A stretch of 53,003 bases of DNA from a virus (IMGVR_UViG_3300010396_000052:1-53003); one strand, 5' to 3'; positions 26,641-36,620 are shown, counted from the first letter of the stretch. The notes: generated by a model from the letters alone, not told the origin. A program made the numbers and translations.

Positions 26641-27107
26641 TGGGCACTAAACTACAAGTCAAGCCGGGCCTTAGTGCCCCCCAAGTAACAAGCATCCCAG
26701 ATAAATGGGACCCACAATGGTTCCGAAGATTCATTACTAATTATCTTGGGGCTCAAGCTGGAACTGTCTCTATAACTGGGGGAGGGTTTAGCCCTGTGCC
26801 CACGGGGGTATTAAATTATACTTATGTCCCCGGAGCTTTCGCTATCGTTAATCTTGGTTTATTTGGCACCAGCGCTGCTAATACTTTCACGTTGAGTCCA
26901 TTACCCAATTATTTAATACCTAAAACTATGTCTACTCAGACTATGCCTGCCTTAATTGAAGATAATGGGGTGGAGGTTGTTGGGGGGGCTTTAGGGGTAA
27001 GCGCAGGAAGTAATATAATAACTATGTTTCTCAACGGCAGTACTACTGGTTGGACCCCCTCTGGTGCTAAAGGAATGGATGGTAACTATGTTTGGCTTCT
27101 CACATGA
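26640..27107 (+). CDS. Tail needle/tip-like protein
   Basis: Follows the gp10-like gene; PQWFRRF N-terminal motif. Confidence 0.5.
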   Translation: MGTKLQVKPGLSAPQVTSIPDKWDPQWFRRFITNYLGAQAGTVSITGGGFSPVPTGVLNYTYVPGAFAIVNLGLFGTSAANTFTLSPLPNYLIPKTMSTQTMPALIEDNGVEVVGGALGVSAGSNIITMFLNGSTTGWTPSGAKGMDGNYVWLLT

Positions 27108-27340
27108 TATATCTCGATGACCACCGTCCGGCCCTACTGGCTACCGGAGCTTCCTTAGGAACCGCAGCAATACACTCAATGCTTACTTCCGATATTCCAC
27201 ATAATTTAGAAATGCTGCGCTTTTGGTTAGGCGTTGGCGGGCAGGTTGCTGGTATCCTTTCAGGTCTTGCTGCTTTAACTTGGTATGCCTACAGTATATA
27301 CAAGAAGAGTAAAGATAATGGATCAGAGACTGATCAATGA
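27104..27340 (+). CDS. Putative holin
   Basis: Small membrane protein with a charged C-tail, overlapping the endolysin start. Confidence 0.55.
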   Translation: MIYLDDHRPALLATGASLGTAAIHSMLTSDIPHNLEMLRFWLGVGGQVAGILSGLAALTWYAYSIYKKSKDNGSETDQ

Positions 27341-27761
27341 CGTACAGGCTGCAGAAGGACTACGTCTTAGGGCCTATCGAGATTCAAAAGGATTTTGGAC
27401 AATTGGGTACGGCCACTATTTGTTACCCCAAGATCGAGACTGGAGTAGCTACAGTATTTCCTCCGACGACGCTAACATTTTTCTGCAATCCGATTTACGG
27501 GATGCCTATCACGACGGACTTACCTTGCCTGAGTGGGGAAGTCTCGATACCGATTGCAGACAAAACTCAATCATCGAGTTAGTATTTAATTTAGGGTATC
27601 ACAAGTGGATACCGTTCAAGAAGACCCGAGCTTGCATCCAGATTCAGGACTGGCCGGGAGCCCACGACAATCTTCTGGACAGCGACTGGGCTACCGAAGT
27701 GGGCACAACGAGATCAAACCGATTAGCAAACTACTTACTAAAGGGTTCCTATCCAAGCTGA
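27318..27761 (+). CDS. Endolysin, T4 lysozyme-like (GH24)
   Basis: EGLRLRAYRDSKGFWTIGYGH (E-8-D-5-T triad), FNLG, S.WA.EVG.RSNRL. Confidence 0.92.
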   Translation: MDQRLINDVQAAEGLRLRAYRDSKGFWTIGYGHYLLPQDRDWSSYSISSDDANIFLQSDLRDAYHDGLTLPEWGSLDTDCRQNSIIELVFNLGYHKWIPFKKTRACIQIQDWPGAHDNLLDSDWATEVGTTRSNRLANYLLKGSYPS

Positions 27762-27931
27762 TGATCCTCGGTCTAATGACCGGAATGCATATCTCGGCTA
27801 CGGTATTCCTTTTCATGTACCCCACACCGGCTAATTTCTTAACTTGGTCTGGAGTCACCACAGCTATTATTGGCGTGGTCCACTATTTCTTAACTAGACA
27901 AGAGTGCCACGATGCTGACTCTAAGCCTTAG
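27761..27931 (+). CDS. Small two-TM protein (holin/antiholin candidate)
   Basis: Two hydrophobic segments; between endolysin and spanin. Confidence 0.5.
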   Translation: MILGLMTGMHISATVFLFMYPTPANFLTWSGVTTAIIGVVHYFLTRQECHDADSKP

Positions 27932-28367
27932 GGACTATCTATACCTAGCTATTATAGCAATAGTAGGTTTCTGTGCTTGGGATCTCTACCACCACGGAGA
28001 ATTAAAAGTAGAAGCCAAAGATAAGGCTTTAGTAGAAGCTCAAAAAGTTCATGTTGCTGAAGTCAAATCTCAAGTCCAAATTCAACTACAAAAGGCAATC
28101 GCCGACTATGAAGCTGCTCACTCTACTCCCATTGTCGATCCTCCTAGCCTCGTGTGCCGCGTTTCAGCGCCCCGTAGTAGCACCGTGCCCCACGATGGAA
28201 GCTCCTCCAGCAAAGGCAATGGAGGAACCTCAGTACCAGACGAGAGTACGGTCCCATTTAACCCCGCCCCAGCCGTCCTCGAAGACGGACGAGACGCAGA
28301 CGCCCAAGTGAAGCTTCTACAGGACTATATTAGAACTTGTCAATCAGTAGGGATATGTAAGAAATGA
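27912..28367 (+). CDS. Inner-membrane spanin (Rz-like)
   Basis: N-terminal TM, coiled coil, DADAQVKLLQDYI C-terminal motif. Confidence 0.8.
   Translation: MLTLSLRDYLYLAIIAIVGFCAWDLYHHGELKVEAKDKALVEAQKVHVAEVKSQVQIQLQKAIADYEAAHSTPIVDPPSLVCRVSAPRSSTVPHDGSSSSKGNGGTSVPDESTVPFNPAPAVLEDGRDADAQVKLLQDYIRTCQSVGICKK
28108..28311 (+). CDS. Outer-membrane spanin lipoprotein (Rz1-like), nested in the +1 frame
   Basis: MKLLTLLPLSILLASC lipobox followed by a Pro-rich chain, fully inside the Rz-like gene. Confidence 0.82.
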   Translation: MKLLTLLPLSILLASCAAFQRPVVAPCPTMEAPPAKAMEEPQYQTRVRSHLTPPQPSSKTDETQTPK

Positions 28368-28996
28368 TGGAGCATATCTACCACAAGGAGGGCCAAGCTG
28401 GAGTCCTTCACATGCGAGAAGTAGGGGCTATCCATCCTATGACTTTAGCCGAGATTAATCACGAACTGGACCAGCATCCCGAATTATGGAACGAGTACCG
28501 ATACCGCACAGAGCACAAGCTTAGTCCGCATCGGGAAGCGGACGATATCTGGTTCCGTTACAACGATATCAAGAATTTAGATCCAGAGAACCCAAAAGCT
28601 TTTAATGACGAACACGTGGCTGTCTGGTATCCCAATATAGAAAAATGCCCCTCAGTCCGGCTGCTAGTGGAACAAGTAGCCTTCGAACTGGGGGCAAATA
28701 CAATCGGTGCAGTTTTAGTGACTAGGGTGCCTGCATATAAACAAATCTATTGGCACGCGGATGCGGGCTGGCACGCAGAAGCCCACCGAAAATTCCTAGT
28801 CCTTATTCGGGGCAATAAAGAGCAAAGCTTCGAGTTCGAAGATGAACAGATGTTTGCTAATCAAGGGGATTGTTTCGAGTTCCAGAACGAATTCCCTCAC
28901 AGAGTCCTTAATCCTACAGATCAGGAAAGGATCTCATTAATCATCTGTTTAAGAGATTTCAATAAGGAGAGTACAGTATGCCATGGGGCGCACTAG
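28364..28996 (+). CDS. Aspartyl/asparaginyl beta-hydroxylase-like 2OG-Fe(II) oxygenase
   Basis: IYWHAD (HxD)...PHRVLN...RISLII. Confidence 0.8.
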   Translation: MMEHIYHKEGQAGVLHMREVGAIHPMTLAEINHELDQHPELWNEYRYRTEHKLSPHREADDIWFRYNDIKNLDPENPKAFNDEHVAVWYPNIEKCPSVRLLVEQVAFELGANTIGAVLVTRVPAYKQIYWHADAGWHAEAHRKFLVLIRGNKEQSFEFEDEQMFANQGDCFEFQNEFPHRVLNPTDQERISLIICLRDFNKESTVCHGAH

Positions 28997-29934
28997 TTGG
29001 TGGTGCATTAGGCTTAGTCGGCGCGAGCATGCAGTCGTCGGCGGCCTCCGATGCTGCCAACGCGCAAACTCAGGCTAGTCAGAATTCAATAGCTGAGCAA
29101 GAACGCGAATTTAACCTCATTCAGCAGATGCTGGGTCCGCAAAGGAACCTAGGTTATGGTGCTATGGGGCAACTTGCTGGCCTATTTGGTCTGCCTAATC
29201 CAAACGCTACTTCTACGAATAGTTTATTCCCGGCCAATCCCTCTAATAGTATTGGCCCGCAGTCCGGTGGTGCATTTGGAAGTCCTTTAATGCAAGGTGG
29301 CTTCGGACCTCAGGCCGCGGCAGTTGCCGGGGGTGGCGGGGCTCCGGGAGGGGGATTTGGAATCCTTCATTCCCCGGCTTTGAAAGGTGCAGGTGGGACG
29401 GGCATTCTGTCTGGAAGCCCAACTCCAGCCTCGCCGTCAACTAATGGCGGACCAAACTATTCTAGCTTCTTTAACACTCCGGGATTTGGATTTACTCTCA
29501 ATACCGGCCTTCAGGCAATCAATAGGAATGCTTCCGCCAATGGCGGACTCTACACTCCCAATACAATGAATGCATTGGGCAACTATGCCGAAGGCGTAGC
29601 TAGCACTCAGTATAATAACTACGTAAACCAGCTACTTCAGATGGCAGGACTCGGCGGAGCGGCTGTCAGCGGTACAGCTGGGGCAGCGCAAGGGGTTGGT
29701 AATAATATTTCCAGCAATCTGCTCAGCGCCGGCAATGCGAATGCCAGCGGCATCCTCGGAAGTTCCAATGCTTGGGGTTCTGCCATTAAACAAATTGGCG
29801 GCAGCATTACAGCTGGAAACTTTAATGGACTCTTTAGCGGAGGAGGCGGTGGCGGCGCAGGATGGCTTGGAGCGGGAACCGGAGGTACTCCGGGAGCCGG
29901 GGATCCTAGCGCCTACGATGGAGGCTTCTCTTAA
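28978..29934 (+). CDS. DNA ejection protein 1 (P22 gp7-like position)
   Basis: Gly-rich hydrophobic N-terminus, PGFGF.L..G..A...ASA.GGL motif. Confidence 0.7.
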   Translation: MPWGALVGGALGLVGASMQSSAASDAANAQTQASQNSIAEQEREFNLIQQMLGPQRNLGYGAMGQLAGLFGLPNPNATSTNSLFPANPSNSIGPQSGGAFGSPLMQGGFGPQAAAVAGGGGAPGGGFGILHSPALKGAGGTGILSGSPTPASPSTNGGPNYSSFFNTPGFGFTLNTGLQAINRNASANGGLYTPNTMNALGNYAEGVASTQYNNYVNQLLQMAGLGGAAVSGTAGAAQGVGNNISSNLLSAGNANASGILGSSNAWGSAIKQIGGSITAGNFNGLFSGGGGGGAGWLGAGTGGTPGAGDPSAYDGGFS

Positions 29935-31823
29935 TGGCTGATTTACCAGTAACTCCTCTCGCTGACTTCGGGACACTGATGGGCAACGAACCGCAGACTA
30001 TGAGCGGTGCGGCCAATCAGTACGCCAATGTCAATGTAGAGAAGCAGCAGGCTCAGGGCTTGGCCCTACAAAACCAGTTTACTCGGATGAAGCTAGCTTT
30101 CTTGAATAGCCAGCTGGCCCAAATGCCGGGTCTAAACGATAGCGCGCCTCGTTATCCGGGTGCTCCGAATGATTACATCAATCCGGAAGGTACTACTTTA
30201 GAGGAAGCGGGTATTGATCCTCAGAGTATTGCAGCCCACGCTCAGCAGCAGTACGCTGTTAAAGAAAACTGGACTCCAGACGAAGAGCGCAAGCTACAGT
30301 TAGCTCCTATTTGGGGAGCTATGGGCGTGCCCGGACAAGACCAAGTTGCGATGCAGATGCATGCTGCTCGTATGGCTAATCTTAAGGGGCAAGCTCAACT
30401 CGGGGCAGATCAAGCTTACCAGTTAGCTGATAAGATCACTAAGCCCGGCGTGGAAGGTTCCTTTAGTAGACTGCAGTGGAGTAATCCTAAAGCTGCTGCT
30501 GCTCTACAGAATGTCGCTGAGAAAAAGGGAATGGATGAAAGTAAGCTAGACCAATTAGCTTACGAATATGCTGGAACCGTAGCCTCTTCGACTTGGCAAT
30601 ATGCTGGGCGTGAAGGCTACGTGGGCAAAGACGGTCAGCTGCGAGATAAATTGAATGATCGCGTAATCCCCAACGGCAACCCAGAAGGACTTAGCCCAGA
30701 ACAATATGCTAAAGGTCTGGATGATGCTAATTCTCCAGTCCAGAGATATATTAATGGTCAGCTAGTTACTAAGACTAAAGCTGAATGGATGAATATGAGT
30801 CCCGGCCATTATGTGGGGTATATGGCGCATCTTCAGAGAGTTGAACAGGCTAGGACAGCAGGAGTTCCGAGTCCTGACGATGAGCCCCAACAGGGCGCAC
30901 CGGGAACTCAGGGAGCTACACCGCCCCCAGTTCCGGGAAGTTCCCCAGCGACAGCGGGAAATCCGGGCGGAGGGATCGGTAGACCTCCAGCACCATTCGA
31001 CAATAGCCAGTTTACTCCGGATCAACAGAAGTTTCTTAACACTTCCACGAAAGATCAGCCTAATTTCCTGAATTCGGGTACAGGCGCCCCTAAGCCCGTT
31101 CAAGAACAGCAACAGAAGAAGTACGCAGATAAGTACGATGAACTCTACACTGAGTTTGGTAAGAATCAAGCTTTAGCTCGCCAGCAGATGCTGGATGTTA
31201 ACCGATCCTTAAACCTCATGGCTAAAAATCCTTATACGGGTCCGGGGTGGCAGGGATTAGCTAACATGCAGAATCTTGTTGCTAAAATGCTTCCTTCTTT
31301 CTTCAGCGATTCTTCGCACAGCATGGAAGACCAAGCGTCTATTATGCAAGCCTTAGGTAAAGGACTTAATCAGGACCAGCTTAAAAGTATTCTGATGCAG
31401 TTTCACAATGAGGGTGCTCAGGTTCGCCTAGGCGCCTATGAAACCCGCATTATTCTTAATGCTCTTAGCGCGAATCCTGAAATGGCTATGCCTGCGATTA
31501 AGCAACTTCTGACTTGGGAAGCCTCTGAGGCTAAGTACCAGTCGGATAAGGCTAATATGGGCACCCGCTATCTAGATATGGGCGGCAATCCTATGAACTT
31601 CGAGAATAAGTATGAATCGAAGTTTAAGCGTGACGAACTCATAGACTTTGATGTGGGTATAGGTAAGGAAGGCAGCAAACCTGCTGCGCAGGTTCCTTCA
31701 CAGAAAATGATGCCTGCTGATGATAAACTTCAGGCTTACGCAAATGCCCACCCTGAATTTGGTGGCGATAAAGAAAAGGCGAGGCAATTCCTCTTAAAGC
31801 ATGGCTACGCCCAGCAACAGTAA
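29934..31823 (+). CDS. DNA ejection protein 2
   Basis: Large helical Gln/Ala-rich ORF in the ejection cluster. Confidence 0.6.
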   Translation: MADLPVTPLADFGTLMGNEPQTMSGAANQYANVNVEKQQAQGLALQNQFTRMKLAFLNSQLAQMPGLNDSAPRYPGAPNDYINPEGTTLEEAGIDPQSIAAHAQQQYAVKENWTPDEERKLQLAPIWGAMGVPGQDQVAMQMHAARMANLKGQAQLGADQAYQLADKITKPGVEGSFSRLQWSNPKAAAALQNVAEKKGMDESKLDQLAYEYAGTVASSTWQYAGREGYVGKDGQLRDKLNDRVIPNGNPEGLSPEQYAKGLDDANSPVQRYINGQLVTKTKAEWMNMSPGHYVGYMAHLQRVEQARTAGVPSPDDEPQQGAPGTQGATPPPVPGSSPATAGNPGGGIGRPPAPFDNSQFTPDQQKFLNTSTKDQPNFLNSGTGAPKPVQEQQQKKYADKYDELYTEFGKNQALARQQMLDVNRSLNLMAKNPYTGPGWQGLANMQNLVAKMLPSFFSDSSHSMEDQASIMQALGKGLNQDQLKSILMQFHNEGAQVRLGAYETRIILNALSANPEMAMPAIKQLLTWEASEAKYQSDKANMGTRYLDMGGNPMNFENKYESKFKRDELIDFDVGIGKEGSKPAAQVPSQKMMPADDKLQAYANAHPEFGGDKEKARQFLLKHGYAQQQ

Positions 31824-33870
31824 CAATATAGATATTAGCGATCTGCCTAGTCCCTCTAGCAGTCCACCAGATATCAGTGATTTGCCAGATCCGGGTCCCC
31901 ATCCCGTAACTGCTGAACTCACTAGCCTTCTTACGAATGAGGCCAAAGCGCTGCCACGTAATATTATGACAGGTACTGGGCAGCTAGCTGACTTCGCTGG
32001 TAGCGTGTGGGATACGGCTTTCCACCCTGAAGGCGTTAACGATGGGGCGGATGATGGCACAAACTATCGCAGAGAGCCCGGCAAAGCTCCGGCTCCCCAC
32101 GAACATCCTATGTTTACGGCTATCGCTAACGAAGTTGCGGACAGACTAGGCTTACCTAAGGCCGAAGGTACTCCTCTGGAACGTAGCATGAGTGCTGGTG
32201 TCCGTGGAGCGGTAGGAGCAGTTCCTTTTGGTCCCGAGGCTGTGATTCCTTCTTTTGTGTCTGGAGTATCTCAGCAAGGAGCAGCTGAAGCAGGGTTTGG
32301 TCCAGTTGGACAAACTATTGCAGGGTTAGCGCCCCTTGGTCCGGCAGGAATTGCTGGAACCACTCGTAGACTCCTTAGAGGCCCTGCCGAAGTTAACGCC
32401 AATCTAAACGGTAATCTGGATATGTTTGAGCAGGCCGGAGTATCTCCGGAAATGGCTCAAGTGCAGGCCACTAAGAACCCAGTTACTGGTAAATATGAGC
32501 CGGGCCCTAGCGGAAATATGTCCTCACCCAAAGTACTTGGCGGGAGTCCGCTAACCAAAACTAGGGGTAAGCAGGCCGAACAAGCTCAAACTACAATTGA
32601 AGATGCCGCTCAGCAACAGGCTCCGGGAGTTCCTACTACCGCTTCCTTGAGCCCTACTACCGGAGGCGCAGCCCTTAATGATGCATTCCAAGTCCACAGA
32701 GCTAAGATGGCAGCTGATGAAAATGCTGTCTATGAAAGAGTCGGCGATTTAATAAACGCAAAAGGTCCAAATGGGGAGACAATATCTGCCCATATGGATG
32801 CTCCTAATTTTATGGGGACTCTCAAGGACGTAACGACCCCTACTGGTATCCCGGTAGTGGATCAATTCTTGACTAGCGCGAAGTCTAGAAAATTAGCAGG
32901 GGGAATAGGGTTTACTGCTGATATTAATGCCCCACCGCCCACAGGTCCTGATTTCACTTTTGACTCTCTCCGTCAAATGAGAAGTACTGTAGGTCAGAAT
33001 ATTGATTGGGGGCTTAGCCCTGCTAAACCGGGGCCTAATGGAGAACTCAAAAGACTTTATACAGCCTTAGGTCAGGATATTAGCCAAGGTGTGGCAAAAG
33101 TGGGCCCAGAAGCCCAGCAAGCATACTCCGAAGCTAATAATCTATATAAGGCCAATTCCATAACGCGTATGAGAATTGATCCTCTTATTGATAAAGACAA
33201 GCTGGGGGGACCCGAGGCAGTTTTTCAGGCAGCCACTAATGGCACGAAATTAGGTGCCACCAAACTCAATACTTTTTTAAATGCTGCTACTCCAGAACAG
33301 CAAGGAATTCTTAAGGGCGTAGTCCTTAACCGCATGGGGCATCCTAGCGGAGCCTTAGATAAACCTTGGAATGAGAATACATTTCTTGATAATTGGCAGT
33401 CGATGGATGGGGGGGCTAAAGATACCTTATTCGGTAAGGCTGGCACCCCACTCCGGGATCAAGTCAACGCTGTTGAAGGAGTCCTGCAACTCCGCAGAAA
33501 TCTTGGCTATTCGTCCAGTAATTTTGCTCAAGGCGTCGAACAAGGGACGAAGCATCTACATGGTGGGATAACAGCTACTGCCGGCGGAGCTATAGCTTTA
33601 GGATTGGATAAACTAGTTGAACATTTGGCTTCTAGCGAACATGGTATTACAGCGGGCGTAGTCGGCGGCATGGGCACCGCTGCTGGTATGGGCTATAACG
33701 CAGTAATGTCTAGAGTTATGACTAATCCAACCGCGCTACGATGGTTGGCCCAAACAACCAAAATGCCTAAATCCGCTGCTCCTATATTAATTAATCAACT
33801 TAGCCACATGGGCCAGCAGGGTAAAGATATTCAAGCAATGATTCAGGGACAAGACAATGGCAATCAATAA
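31801..33870 (+). CDS. DNA ejection protein 3
   Basis: Large Gly/Ala-rich ORF with an N-terminal DISDLP repeat. Confidence 0.6.
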   Translation: MATPSNSNNIDISDLPSPSSSPPDISDLPDPGPHPVTAELTSLLTNEAKALPRNIMTGTGQLADFAGSVWDTAFHPEGVNDGADDGTNYRREPGKAPAPHEHPMFTAIANEVADRLGLPKAEGTPLERSMSAGVRGAVGAVPFGPEAVIPSFVSGVSQQGAAEAGFGPVGQTIAGLAPLGPAGIAGTTRRLLRGPAEVNANLNGNLDMFEQAGVSPEMAQVQATKNPVTGKYEPGPSGNMSSPKVLGGSPLTKTRGKQAEQAQTTIEDAAQQQAPGVPTTASLSPTTGGAALNDAFQVHRAKMAADENAVYERVGDLINAKGPNGETISAHMDAPNFMGTLKDVTTPTGIPVVDQFLTSAKSRKLAGGIGFTADINAPPPTGPDFTFDSLRQMRSTVGQNIDWGLSPAKPGPNGELKRLYTALGQDISQGVAKVGPEAQQAYSEANNLYKANSITRMRIDPLIDKDKLGGPEAVFQAATNGTKLGATKLNTFLNAATPEQQGILKGVVLNRMGHPSGALDKPWNENTFLDNWQSMDGGAKDTLFGKAGTPLRDQVNAVEGVLQLRRNLGYSSSNFAQGVEQGTKHLHGGITATAGGAIALGLDKLVEHLASSEHGITAGVVGGMGTAAGMGYNAVMSRVMTNPTALRWLAQTTKMPKSAAPILINQLSHMGQQGKDIQAMIQGQDNGNQ

Positions 33871-34837
33871 CGTCGGCATTCTTTTCTATGGTCCTAGGGA
33901 CAAACCTACTTCAAGCCTAGGGGCATTTCAGGCGGGATGCTTCCGTCAGTTCTTCTTCTCACAAACTACCACTCTAGCTTCCGTTTACGGCGATGCTGGA
34001 CTAACTGCTCAGATCTCTAACCCAGTCTTTGCCGCGTCTGATGGTAGATTCCCTATCATCTATATGGATCCGAGTATCCCCTATAGAGTTCAGTTGCTAG
34101 ATAGGAACGGTAACTTACTAGAGGACACGGACCCGTATGTACTTCCCCCGACTATCCAAGCGGTTCAATTTGCTGTTGAAGCCGACTTTGCTAACCCTGC
34201 TAATAATTTTGGTGCCGATCTGGTGGCTAATGGAGTTAGGACTTATGATACGGTCGCAGATCTCAAAGCTGCTCCGGTCCCGATCTTAGCTACAGGAGAG
34301 ACCCGATCAGTTATCGTACAGGGCCTTACGGTGCCAAATGATAACGGCGGCGGGATATTTATGTGGAATCCTACCGTCGCAAACTTGGCGGATGATGGTG
34401 GCGTAACTACCATAATTCCTAATGCTTTAGTCGCAATTCCTGGATCTGCCGGTAGGTATCTTAGACAGTTTGCCAGTAGTTTGGGTACTTTTTCTATATC
34501 CTTTAACGGAGGCCCCTCAGGCAACGTCTCCTACACTCGGGTAGGTAATTTGGTAAATATATGGTCAAATGCCTCCATCGTTGGTAATTCTACCGGCATT
34601 GTATCCTCGTCTCCACTACCATCTTCTTTAGCGTGTAATACTATTAATCCTGTAGTGCCCTGTTATAGTCTACTTAACGGAGCAGGAGTTTTTAGGTCTG
34701 GACTATGCAGTATTAGCCAGTCCCTAAGCCTGTCATTACTCACTGTTACTGGCTCTAATGTGACTACTGGTAATTTTACTAGCTCAACTAATTGTGGAAT
34801 AGGACCCGGATGGACTATTACTTACTCTACCAATTAA
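33857..34837 (+). CDS. Tailspike/short fibre with a head-binding-like N-terminus
   Basis: NPV....GRF..IY....YRV.L.D..G N-domain and TVADLKA...DNGGGIF.W...DDGG module. Confidence 0.65.
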   Translation: MAINNVGILFYGPRDKPTSSLGAFQAGCFRQFFFSQTTTLASVYGDAGLTAQISNPVFAASDGRFPIIYMDPSIPYRVQLLDRNGNLLEDTDPYVLPPTIQAVQFAVEADFANPANNFGADLVANGVRTYDTVADLKAAPVPILATGETRSVIVQGLTVPNDNGGGIFMWNPTVANLADDGGVTTIIPNALVAIPGSAGRYLRQFASSLGTFSISFNGGPSGNVSYTRVGNLVNIWSNASIVGNSTGIVSSSPLPSSLACNTINPVVPCYSLLNGAGVFRSGLCSISQSLSLSLLTVTGSNVTTGNFTSSTNCGIGPGWTITYSTN

Positions 34838-34846
34838 AAGTGGACC

Positions 34847-35176
34847 GTGAGGATCCAGTCCTTAAAGCAGCTTTGGAGGCAATTGAACTCCGAATGCTTC
34901 GGGGATAAATTGACTGAGATTCCTATACTCATAACACGCGCCCGAAAGTATTGGGGACAATTCGAGTATCACCAATCAGGACTAAATACCGCAATATATC
35001 TAAGTGGTTGCTTGAATAAAACACCATCAGATTGGCGAGATAGTCTATTACACGAAATGGTTCATCAAAGCCTGCAAGAAACCGAAGGAAATCCGGATCC
35101 GGAACATGGCGAAGCTTTTCTTCGAGAAGCTCGTCGATTGAACTTGCGACTACATCCATACGATTCTCCCTGTTAA
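34847..35176 (+). CDS. SprT-like zinc metalloprotease
   Basis: LNSECFGDKL...LLHEMVH...HGEAF. Confidence 0.8.
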   Translation: MRIQSLKQLWRQLNSECFGDKLTEIPILITRARKYWGQFEYHQSGLNTAIYLSGCLNKTPSDWRDSLLHEMVHQSLQETEGNPDPEHGEAFLREARRLNLRLHPYDSPC

Positions 35177-35195
35177 ATTAGGTCCACAAAAAGCT

Positions 35196-35225
35196 AAAGG
35201 CCCGCAAATGCGGGCCTTTTTATTT
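35196..35225. terminator. Intrinsic terminator between the converging arms, probably bidirectional
   Basis: AAAGGCCCGC-AAAT-GCGGGCCTTT then TTATTT; A-rich on the other side. Confidence 0.88.
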
Positions 35226-35298
35226 CTACGTGTTTTTAAGTGGATGCGATAGTCCCCACCTTTACGGATTAATCGGAAATGGATTCAGTTGGCATCAC

Positions 35299-35640
35299 CT
35301 ACCTATTGTCTCCATTGCCACGGAGTACTCCCCTGTCCCTGCGAGAACTAAGCTTCTCCATGTTCGTTAAAATGATATCCTCTAAACTGATTCCGAAGTA
35401 GTTGGCAATCTTGGTCCAGTAAAAGATAACATCCCCTAGCTCCTTCTTAAGGGCATTCAGGTCCGGGAAGCCATCCCCACGGATATACTTCTTGATGATT
35501 TCTGTTACTTCTCCAGTCTCGCCAGCCATACCCAACTGGGCTACTGCGATACCAAGTTCTAAAGGCTTATCCTTGCCTGAAAACCACATTCGTTCCACAA
35601 AGGCAGTATATTCGTCTAATAGCTTAGGATCTTCGGTCAT
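35299..35640 (-). CDS. MazG-like NTP pyrophosphohydrolase
   Basis: LGMAGETGEV.E.IKK...KELGDV..Y...N.EKL..R..RG. Confidence 0.88.
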   Translation of the reverse strand: MTEDPKLLDEYTAFVERMWFSGKDKPLELGIAVAQLGMAGETGEVTEIIKKYIRGDGFPDLNALKKELGDVIFYWTKIANYFGISLEDIILTNMEKLSSRRDRGVLRGNGDNR

Positions 35641-35882
35641 GATAGATAAAGTGCCGTTGTAAGAGCTTTAAAGGAATTTAGGATTCTCTCCTGTCTCTGC
35701 CACTCTGGTAGTTTTTGGTAAAGTTTATCTACAATAACAGTCACTGCGCTGTAGACATATTCTTTCTTACACTGGTGATTGTCTGTGTGGCAAGTATAAC
35801 TCTCTCCGCAGAACTCGCACTTAATTAACGAATTTTGATACCCGTATCCGTTGGGGTATCCCACATACATATTATTACTCAT
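35637..35882 (-). CDS. Hypothetical Zn-finger protein
   Basis: CEFC...H.C; ATGA coupling. Confidence 0.55.
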   Translation of the reverse strand: MSNNMYVGYPNGYGYQNSLIKCEFCGESYTCHTDNHQCKKEYVYSAVTVIVDKLYQKLPEWQRQERILNSFKALTTALYLS

Positions 35883-36403
35883 TGTAGTCTAATACTCACT
35901 GTTGCTGCTTGTCTCCCGAGGTTCACTGGCGTCGTTCCCGCATCAGATATATGAGTAATATCGAAACTAGAGATACGATACTTACCGAACTTATAAGAGA
36001 GAATAAGATTATAGTTAGTGTGCGCACCGTTTAGTCTGTCCACGTCTTGGAGATATACAGCGCCCAAGCTAGCGCACAGATTCCCACGACAAGCACGAAT
36101 CCCACTATGCCAATCCCAATTATTAGCCCCACCACCTTTAGAACTGCCACCGCCCCATAACATAGTTCCTGCATAAAAATCTACGTCCTTAAGACCAGCG
36201 ATAGGATGATAGTAATTGATACCCAAAACAGGGCCAGAGCTATGCCCAAAAGACGCTCCTGCCACAGCGTCGATTTCATCGGCTTGAGCAGTGCTACAGT
36301 GAGAAATACAAAGGTACACAATAGCAATGAAGCTAAAGATACCGATAGTTGCTCCACGATTATTCCCTACTAGGGAGCCTAGCCATTTAAAGAACTTGCT
36401 CAT
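35879..36403 (-). CDS. PagL-like (lipid A 3-O-deacylase family) outer-membrane beta-barrel
   Basis: Signal peptide ending in AQA, amphipathic beta strands, C-terminal THISDAG...NLG resembling PagL HxSNAG...NxG. Confidence 0.65.
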   Translation of the reverse strand: MSKFFKWLGSLVGNNRGATIGIFSFIAIVYLCISHCSTAQADEIDAVAGASFGHSSGPVLGINYYHPIAGLKDVDFYAGTMLWGGGSSKGGGANNWDWHSGIRACRGNLCASLGAVYLQDVDRLNGAHTNYNLILSYKFGKYRISSFDITHISDAGTTPVNLGRQAATVSIRLQ

Positions 36404-36620
36404 TGCTCACCGTTGCACTGCCCTGCTGACCCGCCCCCGGAATAACTGTACCTTTAAATGGGTCAATACAGAAGCCCTTAAGCACCAAGTCTGGGTGCTT
36501 CTTCCTAGTATCATCAATTGCTTGAGTGCAATACTTGTAGTTCTGAAATAAAGCTACATCGTAGTTATCAATCTTATCGCCAGTAAAGGCGATCATCAGC
36601 AATATCCACACACCGTGCAT
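36387..36620 (-). CDS. Small hypothetical protein
   Basis: Hydrophobic N-terminus and two Cys; GGAGG RBS. Confidence 0.55.
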   Translation of the reverse strand: MHGVWILLMIAFTGDKIDNYDVALFQNYKYCTQAIDDTRKKHPDLVLKGFCIDPFKGTVIPGAGQQGSATVSNEQVL

